From the sequence record SRR20825006_652: 58,985 nt of DNA, one strand, 5' to 3'. This document shows, one piece after another, positions 9,263-18,767 of the stretch. The stretch's first letter is position 1, and each line of letters opens with the position of its first letter. The notes under the pieces are model-generated. The model did no database searches. It was given only the letters and a program-made list of their open reading frames with translations, and was not told the origin of the DNA. The translations under genes were made by a program, and so were the position numbers.

Positions 9263-10354
9263 TTATTCTAGGACTGATGGAAGCCATTGCCAAGTACATT
9301 CTGCAATAATGGATGAGCCTTCCTCATTTGGGTGAGAATCTCCGGGAATACGAATACCATCAAGATTATGGGATGCTAGTGAATCCACACAAGGTGAGTT
9401 GTCATAAAACGGAAGTTCATAGGCTAAGCCATTCGTAAGGATTGAATTGTAAAATTTGGCAGTGTGAGTATCCGATTTATTTTGCTCAAAAAATCCTGTT
9501 GTAGTCACAATTAACTCACAGTTATTTGAAGCACACCAATTTTGCATTCTCTCGATTAAGGCCATACCCAGTTCTGTAGAGTAATTTGATTCGAGTGAAA
9601 ATTCATCATAATTCGGGATGATGGTGCTACTCTTTTTTGCATCGAAGTTATTTGTCACATCGTCGAAATACACATTCTTCCACAAAACCTTAACTACGAT
9701 ATTGGCTAGTTGAGAATGTGCTTGGAGCCAACGGTACCAACCTTTTTTCCCAAGGCTGAACATGAATTGTTGTGGTTTCCAGCGCTTTGATTGAATGAGC
9801 GAATCGTTTTTTAATACGAATAGGTTCTTTGATAAGGCGCGGTCGATATCGTGAACATTCAGAAAATAAAGAACTTTGTCGGGTTGAATGGTTTCTCCAA
9901 AAGTCTCTAGCCAAAGAGGCCAATCAGCTAAACCTGCACCGCCAACACCTCCGTTTAGAATAAAAGTGGAATCATTTCCAGAATCCAAAAACTCCTGATT
10001 GAGGTGGTGGATATAAGTGTTCTCTTCATCCAGTAATAAACCAAAAGTAAATGAATCACCGATAGCTAAAATTCTTTTCTCGGTTGTACGGCCTTTTTCT
10101 GTAGCTCTCAATCGTTGCTTAGTAAAGGCATAGTTAGCAATTCTTGTATCGAGCTTCTGAAATGAGTTGCCATTTATTTGATTCATCATAAAGCCCTCTT
10201 CATGCATCTCAAGCCAAGTAACCATTTTATCTTGGGGTAGAATAATACGGACGGCCCACTCACAAAGTAAGAGAGTAAAAAGCATGCTTAAAACAACTAA
10301 AAGGGAATTAAGAAGCACACGAATGTACAATGGTTTTTTTTTATGGGAGTGCAT
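9263..10354 (-). CDS. membrane-anchored SGNH/GDSL hydrolase
   Basis: N-terminal TM; IGDSFTFG, NGGVGG, LNVHD, DSHPN. Confidence 0.82.
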   Translation of the reverse strand: MHSHKKKPLYIRVLLNSLLVVLSMLFTLLLCEWAVRIILPQDKMVTWLEMHEEGFMMNQINGNSFQKLDTRIANYAFTKQRLRATEKGRTTEKRILAIGDSFTFGLLLDEENTYIHHLNQEFLDSGNDSTFILNGGVGGAGLADWPLWLETFGETIQPDKVLYFLNVHDIDRALSKNLFVLKNDSLIQSKRWKPQQFMFSLGKKGWYRWLQAHSQLANIVVKVLWKNVYFDDVTNNFDAKKSSTIIPNYDEFSLESNYSTELGMALIERMQNWCASNNCELIVTTTGFFEQNKSDTHTAKFYNSILTNGLAYELPFYDNSPCVDSLASHNLDGIRIPGDSHPNEEGSSIIAECTWQWLPSVLE

Positions 10355-10586
10355 GAATCAAAAGCAGAAATAAAATGTTATTTAAATCAAAATAACACAG
10401 ATGTGTAAACATTAACATGTAAAAAAACGCTATTTTATCAAGGAATGGAAATAACGCAAATAAAAGCGCTTTTCTGTGATTTTTGAATGATATATCTATT
10501 TTGAACTAACTAGAATAATCCTGAACTTTAAGTCCTTTGCAAAGACAGGAAAAAACGCCTTAATTGGCATCAAATTAAAGATTTTT

Positions 10587-12320
10587 ATGGCTAAGGTTGA
10601 AGTTGTTATGCCCCAAATGGGCGAATCGGTAATGGAAGGAACAGTTATTGAGTGGAGCAAGAAAGTGGGAGACACTGTTGAGCTTGACGAAACACTTCTC
10701 GAAATCGCTACGGATAAAGTAGATAGTGAAGTACCATCGCCAGAAGCTGGTATTTTGGTTCAAATTCTAGTTGAAGAAGGTGATACCATTGAAGTTGGTA
10801 AAGCAATCGCAATTATTGAAACTGATGCATCGGCAGCAGGTGATGTGAGCGTAGCGTCCGAAGTAAAAGAAGAAAGTGTTGCCGAAGAAAAAGTTGAAGC
10901 AACTCCTGAGCCTCAACAAGTTGCACCCGCTAGTTCAGGTGAAGCAGAAGGCGAACTAATTGAAGTTGTGATGCCCCAAATGGGCGAGTCGGTAGTGGAA
11001 GCAACCGTAATTGGTTGGTCTAAAGCCGTTGGTGATACGGTTGAAGAAGATGAAACGCTTCTTGAAATTTCTACCGATAAAGTAGATAGCGAAGTGCCTT
11101 CGCCAGTAGCAGGTACATTAGTTGAAATTCGCGCTGAAGAAAATGATACTATAGAAGTTGGTCAAGTGATTGCTGTAATTGCAACAGGCAACGTAGCGGC
11201 AAGTAGTGCTCCTGCTGCAAAAAGTAACGCAGCTTCTGAGCCAACATTGAGTAAAGAACAAATTGCTGCAAGTACTCCTGAGCAATTGTTAAAAGGAGAC
11301 ACAGCTTCTACAAACGGAACAGAGCCACAACGTGTAGGTAGCGATGGCAGATTCTTCTCTCCATTAGTTCGTTCTATCGCAAAAGAAGAAGGTATTAGCC
11401 AAGAAGAGTTAGATACCATTAAAGGTTCTGGTCAAGGCGGAAGAGTTTCTAAAAAGGATATTCTTTCATTCGTTGAAGACCGTAAGTCGGGTAAAATTTC
11501 AGCTCCACCTAAACCTGCACCAGCTCCATCGGCAACAAAGCCAGCTTCTGGTAGAGATTCTATTTCTGCAGGTCAGCTTGATGTCACACACTCACCATCT
11601 GGCGAAGTGGAAGTCGTGAAAATGGACCGTATGCGAAAAATGATTGCGGAGCATATGGTTAAATCGATTCAGACTTCAGCTCATGTTACAACCTTCGCAG
11701 AAGTTGATGTAACTAATATGGTGAAGTGGAGAAATGCGAACAAGAATACTTTTTTCGGAAAAACAGGACAAAAACTGACTTTCACACCTCTTTTTGTTGA
11801 GTCTATTATTAAAGCGATGTTGGAATTCCCGCTATTAAATAGCTCGATAGACGGTGATAACATTATTTTGAAAAAGAATATCAATTTCGGATTGGCAGTT
11901 GCTTTAGGTGAAGGTGGCGAAGGTGGTTTAATTGTACCGGTTATCAAAAAAGCACAGCAAAAAAATCTTGTTGGTTTAGCCGAATCGGTTAACGAAGTAG
12001 CAACCAAAGCGCGTAGCAAAAAGCTAAGTCCAGACGATTTAGTAGGTGGAACAATTACACTTACTAATTATGGTAGTGTTGGTAACTTGATGGGGACACC
12101 TATTATTAATCAGCCACAAGTAGCAATTCTTGGAACTGGCGTTATCCAAAAACGGCCTGTTGTTCTAGAAACAGAAGATGGTGATGTAATTGCTATTCGC
12201 CAAATGATGTACTTATCAATGAGCTATGATCACCGTATTATTGATGGTGCTCATGGTGGTGCGTTCTTGAATAGAATTAAGCAAATTCTTGAAGCATTTG
12301 ATATGAACCGTGCTGTTTAA
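10587..12320 (+). CDS. sucB: 2-oxo-acid dehydrogenase E2 (probably dihydrolipoyl succinyltransferase) with two lipoyl domains
   Basis: Two MPQMGESV...TDKVDSEVPSP lipoyl domains, an E3-binding domain (SPLVRSIA...GSG.GGRV), and catalytic DHRIIDG. Confidence 0.82.
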   Translation: MAKVEVVMPQMGESVMEGTVIEWSKKVGDTVELDETLLEIATDKVDSEVPSPEAGILVQILVEEGDTIEVGKAIAIIETDASAAGDVSVASEVKEESVAEEKVEATPEPQQVAPASSGEAEGELIEVVMPQMGESVVEATVIGWSKAVGDTVEEDETLLEISTDKVDSEVPSPVAGTLVEIRAEENDTIEVGQVIAVIATGNVAASSAPAAKSNAASEPTLSKEQIAASTPEQLLKGDTASTNGTEPQRVGSDGRFFSPLVRSIAKEEGISQEELDTIKGSGQGGRVSKKDILSFVEDRKSGKISAPPKPAPAPSATKPASGRDSISAGQLDVTHSPSGEVEVVKMDRMRKMIAEHMVKSIQTSAHVTTFAEVDVTNMVKWRNANKNTFFGKTGQKLTFTPLFVESIIKAMLEFPLLNSSIDGDNIILKKNINFGLAVALGEGGEGGLIVPVIKKAQQKNLVGLAESVNEVATKARSKKLSPDDLVGGTITLTNYGSVGNLMGTPIINQPQVAILGTGVIQKRPVVLETEDGDVIAIRQMMYLSMSYDHRIIDGAHGGAFLNRIKQILEAFDMNRAV

Positions 12321-12348
12321 TGCTGTTTATATAATTAATTAGAATAAG

Positions 12349-12380
12349 AAGAGGCGTTATTATTGACGTCTCTTTTTTTT
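12349..12380 (+). terminator. Rho-independent terminator of the E2 gene
   Basis: AAGAGGCGTTA/TGACGTCTCTT stem (two G-U pairs) followed by a T run. Confidence 0.8.
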
Positions 12381-12452
12381 CAATACCAATAGCAGGATAG
12401 ATTTTTGAACGATGGAAAATCACTGGCAAGCAAAACTACATAGAGTCTAGAA

Positions 12453-13304
12453 ATGAAAGTAGTACAAACTATCGCTGACATTCGAGCTGAAGTACGAGCT
12501 CTAAAAGCTGCGGGCAAAAAAGTGGCTTTTGTTCCTACAATGGGCGCACTACATGGCGGCCATTTATCGTTAATCCATTTAGCTCAAAAAAAAGCAGATG
12601 CTATCGTGGTTTCTATTTATGTAAACCCGACGCAATTTGCCCCAACTGATGACTTCGACACTTACCCAAAAACTACAGAGTCGGATTTAAAACTGTGTGA
12701 ACAGGAAGGGGTGAGCTTAGTTTTTATGCCAGATACCGAAATCATGTACGGTTCTGGGAAAAAATACTTTAGCATAGAAATTGAAGAGCTAAACAAACAC
12801 TTGGATGGAGGTAGTCGACATGGGTATTTCCAAGGAATCTCTCTAGTTGTGAACAAGCTTTTCAATATTGTAGAGGCTGACGTAGCTGTATTTGGCCAAA
12901 AAGATTATCAGCAGTTTCGAATTATAGAGCAAATGGTTAAAGAATTTAATCACGATGTAGAATTAATTATGGCTCCAATAGGTAGAGCTGAAGATGGGCT
13001 AGCGCTTAGTAGCCGGAATGTTTATTTGAACGAAGAAGAAAGAGCTATTGCTCCAGTGCTTTTTAAAGCTTTAAAAAATATTGAGAAAGAGATTAAGTCA
13101 GGACTGCTTGAACCAAAATTATTCTTGAAAGAACATCAGAGTGAACTAAAAGCAAAAGGCTTCAAGAATGATTATCTTGCAGTGTTCTCTTTAGAAAAAA
13201 TGTGGCCAGTAGAAAAATTAGAGAAAGGGAATCAATATCTAATTGCAGTGGCAGCCTATTTAGGGAAAACCCGTTTGATCGACAACATTATATTTGAAAT
13301 TTGA
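12453..13304 (+). CDS. panC: pantoate--beta-alanine ligase
   Basis: FVPTMGALHGGH, VNPTQF, FGQKDYQQ, GLALSSRN, RLIDN. Confidence 0.97.
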   Translation: MKVVQTIADIRAEVRALKAAGKKVAFVPTMGALHGGHLSLIHLAQKKADAIVVSIYVNPTQFAPTDDFDTYPKTTESDLKLCEQEGVSLVFMPDTEIMYGSGKKYFSIEIEELNKHLDGGSRHGYFQGISLVVNKLFNIVEADVAVFGQKDYQQFRIIEQMVKEFNHDVELIMAPIGRAEDGLALSSRNVYLNEEERAIAPVLFKALKNIEKEIKSGLLEPKLFLKEHQSELKAKGFKNDYLAVFSLEKMWPVEKLEKGNQYLIAVAAYLGKTRLIDNIIFEI

Positions 13305-13315
13305 GATTATAGACA

Positions 13316-13726
13316 ATGCAAATAACCATGTTTAAATCTAAACTGCACCAAATGGCAGTTACCGAAGCTAACCTCATGTACGAAGGTAGTATCACTATTG
13401 ATCAAGATTTGCTAGACTTAGCAAATTTATTACCATACGAAAAAGTACAGGTAGTAAATATTACCAATGGTTCTCGTTTAGAAACATATACAATACCTGG
13501 AGAACGTGGAAGCAGAATTTGTTGCCTAAACGGTGCAGCAGCACGGCTCACACAAATTGGAGATCGTATTATTGTAATCAGTTATGCTGATATGACTCCT
13601 GAAGAAGCCAAGACCCATAAGCCAGTAGTAGTAGTTGTAGATGAAAACAACAATCCTACTAAAGTAATCGATGAGACAAAGTACGCTACTCAATACGACT
13701 TAGAGTCTGGCGATCTAAAAAACTAG
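13316..13726 (+). CDS. panD: aspartate 1-decarboxylase
   Basis: [13 protein letters not shown] autocleavage site, RLETY, LNGAAAR. Confidence 0.97.
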   Translation: MQITMFKSKLHQMAVTEANLMYEGSITIDQDLLDLANLLPYEKVQVVNITNGSRLETYTIPGERGSRICCLNGAAARLTQIGDRIIVISYADMTPEEAKTHKPVVVVVDENNNPTKVIDETKYATQYDLESGDLKN

Positions 13727-13767
13727 AGCTTTATAAGCTAGCTTAGTTTTACCCTTTTATATTAAAG

Positions 13768-16005
13768 ATGAAAAATCCCTTCCGCAAAAAATATCCAGAG
13801 CAGCTTAATGTTTTGGAAAGCACTAAAGATGGCTTCGGAACTTTCGGAGGTGTTTTTACGCCTTCAATCCTAACCATTTTAGGTGTAATAATGTATCTGC
13901 GCTTTGGGTGGGTTGTTGGTAATGTGGGGTTAATCGGTACATTAATCATTGTAACACTTTCAACTACAATAACCTTTTTTACAGCGCTGTCTATCGCTTC
14001 TATTGCAACCGATCAGCGTGTTAGAACTGGTGGCGCATATTATATGATTAGTCGCTCTCTCGGTATCGAGTCGGGTGGGGCAATTGGAATTCCCTTGTAT
14101 TTAGCCCAAGCATTATCGGTAGCATTATATACTGTCGGTTTTGCAGAAAGTGTTGTTTCTGTATTTCCATCGCTAAGTATGCGCACCGTCGGGTTAGTGA
14201 CTACACTTTTAGTAACAATCTTGGCGCTTGCTTCTGCTCGTACAGCCATTCGAGCACAATACTTTATCATGGTTGGTATAGTATTGTCACTCATATCGTT
14301 ATTATTTGGTGATAGTATTGAGCCAACGACTATTGATTATTGGGGTACTTCAGTAGAAAACAAAGAAAATTTCTGGACGGTATTCGCTGTTTTTTTCCCA
14401 GCCGTTACGGGTATCATGGCTGGTGTAAATATGAGTGGAGATCTTAAAGATCCTGGTAAGTCAATCCCAAAAGGGACGTTTGCAGCTGTTGGAGTTGGTT
14501 ATCTAATCTATATGGTTCTCCCAATTGTATTAGTAATGCGTGCAAGTTCGGCATCACTTATCGAAGATCCATTAATTATGCGGAAATTGGCGTATTGGGG
14601 AGATGCGATTCTTGTAGGTGTTTGGGGAGCGACACTTTCTAGCGCGGTGGGTAGTATTCTAGGTGCTCCGAGAGTGCTACAGGCATTAGCTCGTGACAAA
14701 GTTTTACCAAGTTGGCTGTATTGGTTAGGTCGCGGAGATGGAAATGATGACGCCCCTAGAGTAGGGACGTTAGTGACACTAGGAGTGGCTTTAATAGCAG
14801 TTTATCTTGGAAATTTGAATGTTATTGCTCCTGTAATCACGATGTTTTTTCTAACAACGTATGGGGTTTTAAACATAACAGCAGGAGTTGAACGTTTATT
14901 AGGAAGTCCATCTTTTCGGCCAAAGTTTAAAGTACATTGGGCGTTTTCAATTCTAGGAGCTCTTGGCTGTATTGCTGTAATGTTTCTTATTAACACCGTG
15001 GCTACAATTATAGCTTTTCTATTTGTACTAAGTATTTTTATTTGGCTGGAGCGTCAAGAAATGCAATCTACTTGGGGAGATGTACGCCGTGGGGTTTGGA
15101 TGGCAATTACGCGTGCGGGTTTACTTCGCCTCAATTCTAGCGAGGAATCAAAAACATGGAGACCTCATCCTTTAGTACTATCTGGAGCACCTACAAAGCG
15201 TTGGCACTTAATTGATTTAGCAGCAGCATTGACACACAACCGTGGGATGTTAACAGTTTCAACTGTTTTGAAAAATGAAGGAATTACCTCTACTCATAAA
15301 TCTACGATGGAAGAGAATATCAAAGATTTTCTAGCTAAACGTGGGATTCAAGGTCTAGTTAGGGTAACATCAGCAGAGGAGCCATTTCAAGGCGCTGAAA
15401 GATTAGTAGAGGCATATGGGCTTGGTGCTTTAGTGCCAAACACGGTGATATTAGGTGATAGCGAAAATTTGGAAGTTCAAGCTAACTACTGCCAAATGAT
15501 CGCAAAATTCCACCAGCTTCATCGGAATGTCCTCATTGTTCATGACGATAAACAGAAGGGATTTGGGAAGAAAAAAAGAATCGATATCTGGTGGGGTGGA
15601 CTTAAAGGAAATGGTGGTCTCATGATGATTCTGGGTTATTTACTACAAAGTAGCAGAAGTTGGTTAGATGCCGAAGTGTATCTAAAAATGGTTGTGAGTA
15701 ATGAAAAGGGCGCTGAAGATGCCCAGAAAAATCTTACAGAAATAAGTAAAAGGTTACGGACAGGGGCAATTGCAGAGGTTATCGTTGCAAACGGTCGTAA
15801 TTTCGACGAAATACTCCATCAATCTTCGAAAGAAACAGATTTAATATTTATGGGAATGGCCGAGCCTGACGAACATTTTCTTGAATACTATAAAAAAAGC
15901 CAAGAACGCCTGAAAGGACTTCCAACAACAATTCTTGTATTAGCTGCTGAAGAAATATCATTCGGGGAAGTGCTACTTCAGCAAGATTCTTTGCGAGAAG
16001 ATTAG
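13768..16005 (+). CDS. prokaryotic cation-chloride cotransporter (SLC12/CCC-like, APC superfamily)
   Basis: FGTFGGVFTPSILTILGVIMYLR, GGAYYMISRSLG, FFPAVTGIMAG.NMSGDL, APRVLQALARD, WRP, PNTVILG, IDIWW. Confidence 0.88.
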   Translation: MKNPFRKKYPEQLNVLESTKDGFGTFGGVFTPSILTILGVIMYLRFGWVVGNVGLIGTLIIVTLSTTITFFTALSIASIATDQRVRTGGAYYMISRSLGIESGGAIGIPLYLAQALSVALYTVGFAESVVSVFPSLSMRTVGLVTTLLVTILALASARTAIRAQYFIMVGIVLSLISLLFGDSIEPTTIDYWGTSVENKENFWTVFAVFFPAVTGIMAGVNMSGDLKDPGKSIPKGTFAAVGVGYLIYMVLPIVLVMRASSASLIEDPLIMRKLAYWGDAILVGVWGATLSSAVGSILGAPRVLQALARDKVLPSWLYWLGRGDGNDDAPRVGTLVTLGVALIAVYLGNLNVIAPVITMFFLTTYGVLNITAGVERLLGSPSFRPKFKVHWAFSILGALGCIAVMFLINTVATIIAFLFVLSIFIWLERQEMQSTWGDVRRGVWMAITRAGLLRLNSSEESKTWRPHPLVLSGAPTKRWHLIDLAAALTHNRGMLTVSTVLKNEGITSTHKSTMEENIKDFLAKRGIQGLVRVTSAEEPFQGAERLVEAYGLGALVPNTVILGDSENLEVQANYCQMIAKFHQLHRNVLIVHDDKQKGFGKKKRIDIWWGGLKGNGGLMMILGYLLQSSRSWLDAEVYLKMVVSNEKGAEDAQKNLTEISKRLRTGAIAEVIVANGRNFDEILHQSSKETDLIFMGMAEPDEHFLEYYKKSQERLKGLPTTILVLAAEEISFGEVLLQQDSLRED

Positions 16006-16133
16006 CTTTCTAAGCCAAGAAAATAGGTAGGTTAAATTTTTTTATAAATGTAAAACTATTTTATGGATACCTGCGTCTACCAATAAAAGCTTTATCTTTA
16101 AATGTCTATTTAAGAAAAATTTAAATCTGAGAG

Positions 16134-17396
16134 ATGCAGAAAAAATATTTAATTCCAATTATCCTCGTCGCTGTAGTTTTTACTATGTGGTTTTTTGTAA
16201 GAGGAGGTAATAGCGAAAGTGTAGAGCTACTAACTTCTCCCAAACGCGGTGACTTTGTTGTTGATGTTAACACTACTGGCGAATTAAGAGCCAAGAATTC
16301 AACCGAAATAAAAGGCCCACAAGGTGGAAGAGATATTCGATTATTTAATCTTAAAATTCAGCGCATTATTCCAGAAGGGACTCTTGTTAAGAAAGGTGAT
16401 TTTGTGGCAGAGCTGGATCGTTCTGAAATCACGGCCAAACTTCAGGATTCTCAATTAGAATTACAGCAAGCCCAATCTAAAGTTACGCAAGCAGAGTTAG
16501 ACAGTACCCTAGAGCTTTCTCAGGCCAGAGATAATTTAATTAATCTTAAATATGCGTTAGAAGAACGACAAATTGCTGTAGATCAATCACAATATGAGTC
16601 GCCTGCTGTACAACGCCAAACTGAAATTGACTTGGACAAAGCCCGCCGGCAGTTGGCTCAAGAAACGAAGAACTACCAAACAAAGGTGAAACAGAACATC
16701 GCAAAAATGAGCGATGTTGAGGCAGAACTCACAAAGAAGCAAAACGAGACGAATAAAATCCGATCGCTTATGGGTGAGTTTACTGTTAAGGCGCCAGACC
16801 AGGGTATGTTGATATACAAGAGAGATTGGAATGGAAATAAGATTACTGAAGGTGGCGAAGTTAGCGCATGGAATCCTATTGTAGCAGAACTTCCAGATTT
16901 CACAACAATGGAATCGGTTACCTATGTGAATGAAGTGGATATCCAGAAAATAAAGAATGGCCAAAAAGTAACTATGGGATTAGATGCCGTTCCTGATAAA
17001 ACACTAAGTGGTGAGGTTACAAGCGTAGCTAACATCGGTGAACAAAAGAAAAATTCCGATTCTAAAGTGTTTGAAGTTGTTATCGTAATCTCAGGAACTG
17101 ATAGCCTACTTCGTCCTGCTATGACAACGAGCAATCAGATTTTTGTAGAAAAACTTAAGGATGTGCTTTACATTCCTCTAGAAGCTGTACATGCTATAGA
17201 CTCACTGAGTTTTGTTTTTAAGAAAGATGGGATTTCTACGGTTCTACAACAGGTGCAACTTGGTTTAATGAACGAGAATGAAGTGGTTATAAATAGAGGT
17301 CTTTCGTTAGACAGCGAAATCTATCTTTCATTGCCCAACGATACTACTGGCATAAAGCGCATCTATATAGAAGAAGAAATCACTTCAGCCAATTAA
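16134..17396 (+). CDS. efflux periplasmic adaptor (MacA-like membrane fusion protein)
   Basis: N-terminal TM; EGTLVKKGD lipoyl-like half, long coiled coil, VKAP..G, VNEVDI. Confidence 0.9.
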   Translation: MQKKYLIPIILVAVVFTMWFFVRGGNSESVELLTSPKRGDFVVDVNTTGELRAKNSTEIKGPQGGRDIRLFNLKIQRIIPEGTLVKKGDFVAELDRSEITAKLQDSQLELQQAQSKVTQAELDSTLELSQARDNLINLKYALEERQIAVDQSQYESPAVQRQTEIDLDKARRQLAQETKNYQTKVKQNIAKMSDVEAELTKKQNETNKIRSLMGEFTVKAPDQGMLIYKRDWNGNKITEGGEVSAWNPIVAELPDFTTMESVTYVNEVDIQKIKNGQKVTMGLDAVPDKTLSGEVTSVANIGEQKKNSDSKVFEVVIVISGTDSLLRPAMTTSNQIFVEKLKDVLYIPLEAVHAIDSLSFVFKKDGISTVLQQVQLGLMNENEVVINRGLSLDSEIYLSLPNDTTGIKRIYIEEEITSAN

Positions 17397-17399
17397 ACT

Positions 17400-18767
17400 G
17401 TGTTTCAAAAAATATTCTACAATTTTGATATAGCTATTGAGGCTATCCAACGAAACAAACTTAGAGCGTTCTTAACGTCTTTGGGTATTATCTTTGGAGT
17501 AGCCTCAGTGATTGCCATGCTTGCCATAGGTCGCGGAGCTCAGGAAGTAGTTCTAAAACAAATGGAACTACTAGGCACTAATAATGTGATTATCCAACCC
17601 GTATTAGAGCAAAAAGATGGTTTAGTGGATGAAGAAGATGGACAGCAAGAAAGTAAAAAATTCTCGCCAGGACTTACTCTAGATGATCTCAGAAGTATTA
17701 ATGTAATGCTACCTGAGGTTGAATTTATAAGCCCTGAAATTATCTATGATACGAATTTCATCAGAAATGCTCGTATGCGTACTGGGAAATTAGTAGGAGT
17801 GAATGCCGACTATTTCAAGATTAATAACTTTAAATTTCTTGAAGGCTCGGTATTTAGTGATTTACAAATCGAAAACTCACAGCCTGTTTGTGTAATAGGT
17901 TACGACGTAAAAACTAAATTCTTTGCAGGTCTTGATCCTGTTGGCGAAAAGATTAAAGCTGGTGGTATTTGGTTTACCGTAATTGGAGTACTTGAAAAAA
18001 GAGATGTAACTTCTGAAAATATCGAAAATTTGGGTATTAGAAATTACAACTTAGATATTTACGCACCAGCAACAACCGTACTTTTACGATTTAAGAACCG
18101 AGCTACAGTTACAAAAAGTGATTTGAGTAGCGGCGGCGGAAGTATGGTTGTGTTTTCTTCTGGTGGTGGTTTTGCGAGCTCATCTGGTGGAAATGATTCT
18201 GAAGGAACTGCGAATTACAACCAGTTAGATAAGCTAATTGTTAGAGTTACAGACACTAAATATAGTGGTAAAGTTGCGGAAGTAATCTCAAGAATGTTGA
18301 AGCGAAGACATAACAATGTGGTAGATTTCGAAATCATAGTTCCTGAGCAATTACTAAAGCAAGAGCAACAGACCAAGAGAATATTTAGTATCGTTTTGTC
18401 GTCAATTGCCTCTATATCTTTAATTGTTGGTGGGATTGGTATTATGAATATTATGCTGGCTTCTGTGGTAGAACGTTATCGAGAAATTGGTGTTAGAATG
18501 GCAGTAGGTGCCCAAAAACGAGATATAGAACTTCAATTTTTAACAGAAGCGCTGGCCCTTTGTATTTCTGGAGGGGTTGTTGGTATAATTCTAGGAATGG
18601 CTTTTAGTTATGGAATAGAAGCAACGGCTGGCATCGAAACAGTTGTAACTCCTTCTTCAATTTTTATTTCATTTGGCGTAGCATTTCTTATCGGGGTTGT
18701 ATTTGGTTTCATCCCAGCAAAGCGCGCCGCTCAACAAGATCCTGTACATGCATTACGCCATGAATAA
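17400..18767 (+). CDS. MacB/FtsX-type ABC permease without a fused ATPase
   Basis: GTG start; NKLRAFLTSLGIIFGVASV, ISLIVGGIGIMNIMLASVVERYREIGVRMAVGA, PAKRAA..DPV.ALR. Confidence 0.92.
   Translation: MFQKIFYNFDIAIEAIQRNKLRAFLTSLGIIFGVASVIAMLAIGRGAQEVVLKQMELLGTNNVIIQPVLEQKDGLVDEEDGQQESKKFSPGLTLDDLRSINVMLPEVEFISPEIIYDTNFIRNARMRTGKLVGVNADYFKINNFKFLEGSVFSDLQIENSQPVCVIGYDVKTKFFAGLDPVGEKIKAGGIWFTVIGVLEKRDVTSENIENLGIRNYNLDIYAPATTVLLRFKNRATVTKSDLSSGGGSMVVFSSGGGFASSSGGNDSEGTANYNQLDKLIVRVTDTKYSGKVAEVISRMLKRRHNNVVDFEIIVPEQLLKQEQQTKRIFSIVLSSIASISLIVGGIGIMNIMLASVVERYREIGVRMAVGAQKRDIELQFLTEALALCISGGVVGIILGMAFSYGIEATAGIETVVTPSSIFISFGVAFLIGVVFGFIPAKRAAQQDPVHALRHE

Noticed and set aside
12311..12329. Tandem TGCTGTTTA duplication across the E2 stop codon
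   Set aside because: Only two short copies and no mobile element nearby; probably a slippage relic.
18697..18759. Longer N-terminus of TolC in the ORF track
   Set aside because: Would overlap the permease by about 70 nt; ATG 18760 gives a clean signal peptide and translational coupling.
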